A DNA stretch of 57,490 bases, counting the filler, from Platydemus manokwari (Eukaryota), in NCBI GenBank assembly GCA_037951405.1. It is 5 parts of 5 records of this genome, joined end to end, with 100 filler letters (N's around TTAATTAATTAA, not from the genome) between each part and the next. Parts side by side here need not be neighbours in the genome. Positions count along the whole stretch, not along the records: positions 33,486 to 42,406 come from JBBMOY011329650.1; positions 42,507 to 57,490 come from JBBMOY011363648.1; 3 more parts are not named here. One strand, given 5' to 3'. Positions 40,822 through 51,380 of this stretch are shown one piece after another. Numbering within the stretch: the first letter of the stretch is position 1; each line of letters begins with the position of its first letter. The notes beneath the pieces are model-generated. The model worked only from the letters and a program-made list of their open reading frames with translations, was not told where the DNA came from and did no database searches. The translations under genes were made by a program, and so were the position numbers.

Positions 40822-41378
40822 TGTTGGGATATTAACAACAATTTGAATCTACAAATCTATATTAACCAAAATAGTACACTCAGAATCTCAATAATAACAA
40901 TAACAAATTTTTATGTAATTCACAACGAAAATCAGTCAAGATGGTGTCAGCGCCTGAAGGTTAAAAACAGAATAAAGAGTAATCAGAAAGACTGATTACT
41001 AAAATCGCACATAAGCTAAGCATTGAGATTACCGACCAAAACAGACCGGCAAGAATCCGTGGAATTTAACCTCTCTTATAGACTAATCGGGTGTGTCTGC
41101 TTGATGTCACAGATCTTCATTTTCAACTCGCTAAATTTGTTTGTGGATTGATTTACTTGAGATTTTCCTTATATCTCTTATGTCATTGACGGATATTTAA
41201 GTTTGCTGCCGTTTGTAGGTACGTACCTGTCGTTTCTTAGATTCTAAATATTGATTATTATAAGAACGAGTCTGATTAGTTAACAGCACGAGTGTTTATC
41301 GGTTTGTGTGTATTGACCTTTTTTAGGGGTTTTCTTGGTTCTAGGGACCCTTTTGACTAATTTGTGATGTACCCAACA
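40822..41378 (-). mobile_element. Solo LTR-like element, copy A
   Basis: Begins tgttggg and ends cccaaca (TG...CA with a 7-bp terminal inverted repeat). Aligns in reverse complement along its length to 45489-46035. Confidence 0.8.
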
Positions 41379-42406
41379 GATGCGTGGATAGGCTTAAATT
41401 GCAATATTCCCTTTCATGTAATCTTAACAGAATATGATAAATTTACAAAGCAAATATAATTCCAAAATCATTTAATCATCAAATATGGCCTACTTCTGAA
41501 ATACTCAATGTTGATTTGCAATTGCTATCTTACCTTTTATATCAATAAAATCTTATCAATTTTAGAAAAAAAACAGTTTTAGTTTTAACTCAAAAATATT
41601 ATTTATTTTTTTCGACATATCAAAAATGACTGGACTTTGTTTGTCATATCATCGGATTAACTGTTAATTTTTCTGGAAAATATAGACAGGCTGGTTATTT
41701 ACTCAGATAATAAATAAAATGATAATGCACGAGATGATGAAAAAATAACCATCAGTTTTCGGTCATACGGTGCATAGAAAAAGAAAAAGATATCAGATTA
41801 CAATTAAGAAGCATGGTTTGATAAATAAAGAATCAAAAATGTAATTCAAACCCATAACACCTAGAAGCAGACGCCCGGTCTAAAAAGAGCTAATAGTGAC
41901 CTGGGATAAGAAAAACTGGTGCGTGGATCTAGATGCATGAGGTCAAAATAGAATCAATTTCAAATTCTTTCTTGTATTGAAAATCAATCCAAACCCAAAG
42001 ACATTCATAATTTAATACTTTTTGATACACACTGACTTGATGTTTGCATTGATCTTTAAAACATTGGTGATCTTTCATGAATTATAATTTTTATTATCTT
42101 TGAACAGAATATTTGTAATCCATCTTTTGAACAGAAAATTGTGAAAATAAAGTGCCCAGAATAGTAATTATAAAAATACATTATTATTTATATAAATTTA
42201 ATTATTTTAAATGAAAATGAAAATTCGAAACAGAAAAATTATTAGAATAAATTGTTCATGTTAAATAATTTTAATGAAATTTAGCTCATAGTAATTTATA
42301 TTGTCAAAGAACTTTTAATAATAAAGTTTGGTACTTGTGTATTATCGTCAACGCTGTATATATTATTATTATTTATATATTGATTTATATATTGATTGAT
42401 AATTTA

Positions 42407-42506
42407 NNNNNNNNNNNNNNNNNNNNNNNNNNNNNNNNNNNNNNNNNNNNTTAATTAATTAANNNNNNNNNNNNNNNNNNNNNNNNNNNNNNNNNNNNNN
42501 NNNNNN
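42407..42506. other. Assembly gap with artificial linker
   Basis: N44-TTAATTAATTAA-N44. Confidence 0.97.
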
Positions 42507-43110
42507 AATGATTTGCTACAGCACACACACAAGTGTTTACATCTGGTGTCAAATTCCGGTTATTAAGTTATAGACCCAATATATATATAATCGGAATATT
42601 AAATTCATATCTTAAAAATCATTATCATCATTTTAAAATTCTATTATATATGTTATTGATCGAATTATAAAATATAAATATTTCTTTTCAAAGCTTATAA
42701 AATAATTACAATTTCATGAAATGATTGATGTGGTGATGAAATTTATTTTCATAAAATTTTCCTATGAATTGTTTCAAACAAAATCAATTACAAAACATTA
42801 ATGCTTACTGTGGGCGAAATCTAGATTTGAATCCGTATTTAGTTGAAAATTCAGATCATTGATAACTGAAGCAACATAAATTTACTGAGCTAGTTTTGTT
42901 GCTAATTTGTCTTCACTTTCTCTATGCACAAGAAATTAAAATTAATTATTTTTTTCCAACGAAAATAAATATAATAATATATTTTTATTCCATTTCATCA
43001 TTAAGGGGAAAAAATTGAATTTTATTTTTCTATTCAGTGTGGGCAATGTTTTTCTTTTTTTCTCAGTTGATAAATAGCTTAAGAAGAAAATGTTATTTGT
43101 TGTCACATAG

Positions 43111-43610
43111 AAATTCCAAGGGAAACATAGATGGAAAATTTCCAAAAATACCGGATGTCGCTGTTTGGCAGAATGACAACCGGAAACGCTCCATTTTAAA
43201 ATTTGATAGAAAAAAATATCAATATCAAGAATACCGATATTTGAATTAGTACTTGCATATTGATAAAGTTTATTTAAATCATTAAGAGGAATCCAAAAAC
43301 AAGAAAAAAATTGTAAATCAATACAGATTTATTAACGATTGAAGCTTTTTTTTGAAAAAAAAGTAATTAATTCTATAATCGTTCAGATTATAGTTAAATC
43401 CAAATCATTTCAATTATGGATTTCTATAATATTAGACTTCGGTTTTTGTTCAGTAATTATCATCGAAGTCATATTCATTTTTTTTCCTTTTCAAAAAATA
43501 ATTTCCTCAGCTGTCCACAGAATGATAATCCTCAAGATTTTGTGAAAAAGAATTTCCTAAATTTGAATAAAATATGCTGCAGATCCAGACGAACTAATTT
43601 TAAATTTTAA
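43111..43610 (+). CDS. Possible last two exons (43111-43248, 43511-43610) of an unidentified gene
   Basis: Acceptors cacatag and ttcctcag with donor gtactt give a phase-compatible join: RNSKGNIDGKFPKIPDVAVWQNDNRKRSILKFDRKKYQYQEYRYLNYCPQNDNPQDFVKKNFLNLNKICCRSRRTNFKF*. Confidence 0.3.
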
Positions 43611-45488
43611 ATTAGTTTTTTGCCATCATATAGTTTTGTGAATACACATTGGTTGTCATTTTAATCCTTAACGGAGATATGAAAAGATTTATAAAAATAA
43701 GTAAATGAAATTTAATTTGCATTTAATAAATTATTTGTTTCCGAACAAAAGATTGATAAAAACAAAACCGCCAAAATGGAATTTTATTGACTGAATTTGA
43801 TGTTTTCCACTCATTAGGTATCACCATTGTTTATGATATGGCTCCAGTTATGATTCATGTTTACAATCATTCCATAGGCCGCATTTTGTGTTTGTTGTTT
43901 TATTATTTTTTATTATTTCAAATGAGCTGAAAGTTTTGTTGTTAAAACTGTCTTTCATTAAAAGGAAATGGAGAACCGTTTCGTAATTAGATTTTTTTCC
44001 ACCTATGGGCTGAATGTTAAATTGGCATTCACTATTCTGCCGACAGAAATTTTCTGTTGACAAAAAAAAATTCCATAGGAGAAAGAATTTGTGAGAAAAT
44101 ATTTTTGTAATATTTCCCAATTAATTTTCGTTAGATTTACTGAAAAAAAAGTATTCCATTATTTGGATAGCGTTCGAAATGAAGAAATTTGAAAATTCTA
44201 AACCGGATCGATGAGAATATGCATGATATCTGATTTAATGGTTTTTTGTTCAGATTACCGACAAATTCGAAAATAAATTTCCAACTCACTAGATTTATTC
44301 GTTGATGTTTTTAGTTCAATTTGTTCAAGAAATGATTCCATTTTCTTCACATCTGTCTTAAAAAATTATATTTATAAAATGAGTTGGTGTGAATAAATTT
44401 TGAATTCACGACATTTCATTTCTAAATAAGAAAAACTATAATCGGATTTTAAATAAATGTGCTTAAAATTTGTTTTCATAAATGAAAACTGAGTTTTTAA
44501 GCATATTTTTTTTCTCTGTACAAGTTGAGACTATGCTGTTGAACTGAAACAACTGACAGTGTGAAAGCAATTATGTCAAGTATAATAAAAATTTAAGATC
44601 TAAAATTACACGACTTTGTCTATTTTAATATCACTTTCTGCGACATTCAGTACACTTAAAATTGCAAAACTGAAAACTATGGACACCCTTATTTAATCTG
44701 AGAAAGTTTTTTTTTAATTTTTCTAACCATTCTTTGTTTTATCCTAACTGTGACATACAATATAATTTTTAGTCCGACACTATTTACTTCAGATTTAATT
44801 TCTAAATCCGTTGAAATATCAAATAATATCGCAAACAGAAAAGTAAAAATTAAAATTTATTTGTTTTAAAAATCACACGCGTTTCTTCCAATATTCAAAC
44901 AAAACTAATTTTTATCTAACTAGAAATGATGGCCCGCATTATTTTTTCTAAAATAATAAGATTTTTAAAGACCAATATTATCAGTCTCTAACTGCAAATT
45001 CACAAGCTTTCTCGGAAGAATAATGTATGTAAACATGGGAATTTCGAAATCTTTTCATTACCCATAAGGCCATATGAAATTTATGGTCAGTGAACTTTGT
45101 GAAATCGTGCACTGTCCATATTCTGGTAAGTATTTGTAAAAATTGAAACGTGTTTACTTACCTTTGTTGGAGCAACCATGAGATGGCCAGACTAAATGAC
45201 TCTACGTGTGTTAAAACGGGGATGTTCAGACACCTGGGCCAGGTCTGCTTAACCTGCCAAGAGATCAAAATATTCATGGCAATCAATTCAATCTCAAGCC
45301 TTACCAATAGATCTATGATAAACTATGGGCATCTGTGTAAATATTTGACATTTCTAACTTCCTGCGTATTTACCTATTGTATCTTCAGTCTATTCAAAAT
45401 GTATTATCAATGTGCATTTTAATAATCAGAAATGTATTGGTGTTGATAATATAAAATGTTTATATTCTTGTGAATGCTCAATTACATA

Positions 45489-46035
45489 TGTTGTGTATAT
45501 CGCAAATCAATCATAATGGTCCCAAGGACCAATGGAAAACCATTAAAAGGGTCAATACACACAAACTTGATAAACACACGTGCTGTTAACCAATCAGATT
45601 CGTTCTAATGTTAATCCATATTTAGAAGCTAAGAATCGACAGGCACATGCCTACAAACGGCATCAAGCTCAAATATCCCCCAATGACATAAGAAATTTGA
45701 GGAAGATCTCAAGTAAATCAACCAACGAATAAATTTAGCGAATTGAAAACGAACGACATCTAGCAGACACACTCGATGGGTATATAAAAAGGCTGAACTC
45801 CAAGGAATTTTGCCAGTCTTTTTGGTCGGTAACTTTTGTGCTCTTTTATTACTCTTTATTCTGTGTTTGACTTTTGAGCGATGATCCCATCTTGAGTGAT
45901 TTTCTTTGTGATTTGTTTAAAGAATTGTTATTGTTATTATTGAGGTGTAAAGAATTGTCATTGTTATTATTGAGGTTTCGAGTGTATTATTTTGGTTAAT
46001 ATAGCTTTGTAGATTCAAATTGTTGTTTAATAACA
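45489..46035 (+). mobile_element. Solo LTR-like element, copy B
   Basis: Starts tgttgtg, ends near taaca, has a TATA box tatataaaa at 45781, and is the inverted homologue of 40822-41378. Internal ~30-bp duplication of aagaattgt.attgttattattgagg. Right boundary approximate. Confidence 0.78.
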
Positions 46036-46942
46036 TAAAATAAACAACTGTCATAACACAATATCAATTTGTGTTTATGTGTTATTTATGTCATACTTAT
46101 TATTAATATGTTTAAATCACACGACTTGTATATCTAACAATATAACTAAAGAAATTTCCGTGTAATCGCATGTGAATTCTATTATATATATAAATTGAAT
46201 TATTAGGAATGAATTGCTGGTCATGTATCATTTCTGCCATCAATTCAACTTTTATTTGTATGGTATTAAATTCACAATATAAACATAATTCCCAAACTCC
46301 GGCTTTTCAATTGTTAAGCTTTTGTGTTAATTAATTTTGCGACATGGTGAATTCTCAATATTTATAAGTTTTATATTTACTTGGTAATCTAATCTACTGA
46401 CGTATTATCACCAATTTAATACTCTTCTATTTTTATTTAATGAATTTAATTAATCCACATCATGACATCCAATACAGTGCTTCCAATTTTTTTTTAATTA
46501 CTGAACATTTCAACACGTATGTTAGAGTTGTCAATAAATGTTAAGAATTATTTTATTTTCTTATTTCAAAATAAATGGTTTAAGATTACATTTTGGTATC
46601 AGGATTTTTATTTTTTTATGAAAAATATTTCAATTTCACAATATTACGTGTATCAGGAAAAGGACAAAATATTTTAATTTTTAATTGATCAATATTGCGA
46701 CAGAAGTATTATTCTTTAATCTATATTATTTAAATTAGGCTTATTCAACTTAATTATATCTTTATTTTGATTTGTAAATTAACTTCAATAATTAGTTTAT
46801 TTTCAGTAACAAATTTATAAAAATTATGAGAACATAAATAATTCAAGTTATAAATTCTAGTCATATATAGAGTAAAATATAGGTTATTTATTGTTTAAAA
46901 CTAATATTTAAGAAAAACTATTTAAAATTTGATAAATACTTT

Positions 46943-47279
46943 ATGCCTTCTAGGGCTTGCCAAAGTATAAGAGAAGAATTAAAATTTTGTTTATTGTTGA
47001 GTGATTGTCATAGAAAGGTTTTTAAATTAGTATTTAATTGTTAATATTTAATTCAATTTTCATTAAAATTAGGAAAAGAAAACGCTTTTTGGGTGTCTAC
47101 AACCTGATAATAGAAAGTATATTTCTGATGAATGTCATGGATACCAGCTTGCCTTGTACAATTGCAAAAGAGAAATTGTAAATATATTATTTTATAATTA
47201 ATTTATTCAATATTTTTTCCTTTAGCTCGACATGCGAAATCGATTTAGAGGAAGAAAGTACATGGAAGTTGAAAAATAG
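46943..47279 (+). CDS. COA5: Cytochrome c oxidase assembly factor 5 (PET191 family), 77 aa; exons 46943-47017, 47073-47177, 47226-47279
   Basis: Spliced product MPSRACQSIREELKFCLLLSDCHRKEKKTLFGCLQPDNRKYISDECHGYQLALYNCKREILDMRNRFRGRKYMEVEK* has the twin CX9C-type cysteine pattern, CLLxSDC and the diagnostic CKRxxLDxRxRFRGRK. Two phase-0 GT-AG introns (55 and 48 nt). Absent from the ORF track. Confidence 0.95.
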
Positions 47280-47784
47280 ACCATCTATATTTGTGACTGT
47301 TGGTACAACTAGTTTTGATGAACTTGTTGGCGTTTTTAATAAACATGATTTTCAAAATATAGTATTAAGTCTTGGTTATCGGAGAGTTGTGTTTCAGATT
47401 GGCAGAGGAACTATTATTCCTGAATCATGTAGTGACCTTATTTATGAATATTTTACATTTAAAAGTAACCTGCAAGAAGAATTCGATAATGCTAATCTTA
47501 TAGTCAGTCATGCCGGTGCTGGAACGTGTTTAGAAGTTTGTAAAGCTTCTATTCGTTTGGTAGTGGTTGTTAATGATAAATTAATGCACAATCATCAAAC
47601 AGAATTAGCGCTGAAGTTGCAGGAACGTGGGCATTGCATTTTCTCAACCTGTTGCGAACTTCCTTCGTTTTTTCAATCAAATACCTCCACCCTAGCTTCT
47701 CATGTTAATTTTGATGATGTTTTCTCAAAGTTTGAAACTGATTACTATCATAATGTAGCAAAAGCAATTGCTGGAATGTTTTAA
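47128..47784 (+). CDS. ALG13: UDP-N-acetylglucosamine transferase subunit ALG13 (GT28 C-terminal domain only); proposed exons 47128 (or 47137)-47177 and 47226-47784, overlapping COA5 in the +1 frame
   Basis: IFVTVGTTSFDELV, FQIGRG, LIVSHAGAGTCLE and VVVVNDKLMHNHQTELALKL. Identity is secure, but the start is inferred: the only in-frame AUGs upstream of the conserved N-terminus are at 47128 and 47137 inside COA5 exon 2. Confidence 0.93.
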
Positions 47785-47811
47785 AAATATAATTTATTGA
47801 TGATCACTTAT

Positions 47812-47817
47812 AATAAA
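47812..47817 (+). terminator. Candidate polyadenylation signal for the COA5-ALG13 transcript
   Basis: AATAAA 27 nt after the ALG13 stop, with T-rich sequence downstream. Confidence 0.55.
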
Positions 47818-50800
47818 ATGAAATCAAAAGAATTGATTTCATTGAATTTATTTGATTTGTAAAAATTGCAAATTTTTTAAAATCGATTTGGTGATCGGAA
47901 ATCATAACTTTGTATAATCAATTTTTGTAGAATGTTTTACTGATTTATTACGACCTGGCACTTTTAAAAGTAGTAAAGTTACTAAGAGATGGAAGAATAA
48001 CTTAATTCAATATGTGGAAGATAAGAAGAATGTCATTAAAAAAATTGCATCCACGCATCAACTTCTATGACCATCGAAAGAAAATTCATATTTTTGTTTA
48101 ATTTGGATGATTTGCCAATTCAAATATGAATAAAGAGATGGAATTGTTATCAATCAATATTCGATTTTAGTTATTTCAAGCTAAGGCAGTTTCTACGCGG
48201 AAGGCAGAGGTAGTGCGAAAGAAAGAAGAGGAAATTCGGTGTAAACGACTTATGAGAACGAAAGATATCGCATGATAAGTTTGGGGAAAAAGTAAACAGG
48301 GACTTTGGAAAAGATGGACTCAGCATAGAATAATGAGAACAAAAAAGGAAGAGAAGAGGATAGTGAAAAGACGAAAAAACATGATGATCTAGGTGACTAA
48401 AGAAAACAATGTAATTCAATTTTAGATATATAAACAATAACTATAACAATTTATTTTTGTACAACTTTCTTTATTGGACGAATTTTGATATACAATTTAT
48501 ACATGAGCAAATGGTTCGTTTGGTTATTAATTTTAAAAGAGATAAGATGAGAAAGGAAAATAAGTTTTGCTCCGAGATAGAACAATAGAAAGTATTGATT
48601 TTACTAAATGCAAAAATATTTGAGAATAATTCAAACTACTCTTCTCTTATGATTAACGAAGCGTCCACCGGAACATATCGACGACATTTTGACAATGTAA
48701 TCCTATAACCAAACAATCTAAAGTTCGGTTCACGAAAAACTACAGTTGCATATATTGACCAAGATGAAAAACATACATTAGCCACCCTATTCTCTGCAGC
48801 CAAACAAGCACATTTAAAAGAAAAATGTATCTTTGCACCTCAAAGAAACAGCTTAGAGTTTATCTTGGAGATGTCGGAACCCATTAGACTGGATCCTCGC
48901 CCAGTCATGGAAGTATATCAGTGTGAGTCACACATTGCTTTTGAACAAATCGAATTTCTTCAAACTCCCATCACATTAATTATCCAACTAGAATTCGATA
49001 ATATTTCAAATATCCCCAGTATTGTTACCTCTCCTTCACTGGACAAATACTTGAATGGGGTGAAATGAGAAGAAAAACTATTTTCATCGCTACCAGAACG
49101 GTAGGCAATGCTATAAAACTTAATATTGATGTGGTTACACTAGCAGTAGCAGTGATTACCACCCTTGAGTATCAAGGACTGGTTGTCATAAACTCACGAG
49201 TCAAGCCTCGTTATTTCGTGGAACACAGACGGACTTGCACAATAAATTGGATGAAATATACTGCTGTGAAAGATTGTAGGTGTTTCATATAGAACTTCGA
49301 TGGGGTTCAAATTAAAAATGTAAATTTTGTAAAAATTTATTGATCAACACTTAAAACAATCAAAAGATTTTACAATAATTATCACTCTATAATCTCTAAC
49401 TTATCTCCAGACAGTTAAGGTCGTTGCTGAGTTTTCGCTCGGTTATATAATAAAAATAATATTTAAAATATAAATAACAAAAACTAATAAAACAACACAG
49501 TAAAATATATTTGATTAATAAGCAAAGGATTTCAAAATTTTTCACGATAATTACAGCTCTATTGTGTAAGTAAAGGTACCCTCTAGCAAAAGTATAGAGC
49601 ATGCCGCTTATGTATCCTGGCAAGCACCTCTCAAAAAATAAAGTGGGGAACCAGTAAAGTGTGCTAAATTAATTTCACACTGTATTAAACAAGTCAATGA
49701 AAATAGTAGATTGATACATCCTCATTGAATACAAAAAGCAGAAATTTTAGGAATGTTAAAAATCTCACCAGATCGCTTTGTCGGTATAAGAGACCTCGAA
49801 AGATCAAAACGCAAGGCAGTTCACGGATTAGTAAGCCTTAATCAACTCAAGTTATGCACAGTTTTTAGAAAATTAATCCAAACATGAAATGACAAAGTTC
49901 CACGAACTGAGAACAGCTAACACTGTGGAAAAAATAAGACACATCTATTTGAAAATCGAAGATAAGTGACTGCACCATTTCTGCCCGATAATAACGGCAC
50001 TAAAATTTTTTAAATAAATCATGAAGGAATAAATATGTGGCATAGACGAAGAAACTGCAATGATAGCTTTAAATCAATTGACTAACTGATATATCAAATA
50101 TTAAGCATATGTAATGATGAAGGAGAACCCAAATTTGTAGATAAAAAAATCGATCTTAACCAACGAAAGTATCAGAATAAACGAAAAGCTCCCGAAAACC
50201 TCATATCCCTTGAAAAAAGATGATGACATATTACAGCTATTTAGGACACGTGTAAAAAAACTAGTATAATCCCATCGATTGTTTCACTAACCTCAAGGTC
50301 ATTTCAAAATTCAATAAAAATCCAAAAACAGGATTCGCATCATACTCAAAAATAGAATAACAACAAAAGTTATTAAAAAAAAATAGTTGCGTTGATTCAA
50401 AATAGTAAAACATGATACTAAGCATAGGATGTTGCTAAAAATAGCGACATGACTCAAAACACACATGCATGACAGAAATTGAAGCAATATATAAACGAGA
50501 GTCAATAGTCTCTTCACACACAATATTTTGAGCACATAGACCGCACGATCTCTACTTTTATATTTATGGTACTGAGCTTATACAATAAAATTTTATATTA
50601 TCTTATAAAATTGTAAAATTATTTCAATTAATCAAATATATTTTGTTGTTTGGCATTGTTTTATTTTATAATTAGTACTTATGTTTAATATATTATTTGA
50701 TAATATCAGATGATTAAATTACAACTACCACTGTTATCTTTTGGAAGTTAAAGATATCAAAAAACCATATGATCACAAATAATATCTCATCTTTAACAAC

Positions 50801-51380
50801 TGCAGATAACAGATGACCTTAATTTTACTTCACTTTTGGTTCTTATTAGAATTTTCTAAAATATAATTTTCTTATAATTTTCATTGAACACTAGGGTTTT
50901 TCTCGCATGGAATTTGATTACCCCATAACTTACCAGAAGATGATGAACACAATTTAGAAGAAACACTAATCAAGATATAATAGACCTATATAGTAATAAA
51001 GAGTCTTTGAATATCAATTCTTCTATAGCTTGTGTAGACAAGGCCTTAATATTAATATTAAGTTCAAAATTAACACCTGTAAAAAAAATAGGATTAGTTA
51101 TAATATTGATTTTTCAATAAAATTCTCTTTGATCTCAAAAAATTATAATAATATAATTATTTAAAATGATTCGTACAAGTAAACTTGAATAATTCGACAA
51201 ATTCTACAAAACATCAAATAATTTTAATATCATAAATACATTTATTTATTTTAAAGTATTGTTATAATATTAATTCAATTTTGGCAGCAATATAAAATTT
51301 TTATATGTTATATCAGGATAATTTTTCCGAAATTTTTGGACTATTTATTTCTAATTAATGTTTTAGACTGATATTTTAAG

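Noticed and set aside
47269-47271. ORF-track start for ALG13 as a normal start codon
   Set aside because: It is a TTG inside the COA5 coding sequence, not an AUG; kept only as an alternative hypothesis.
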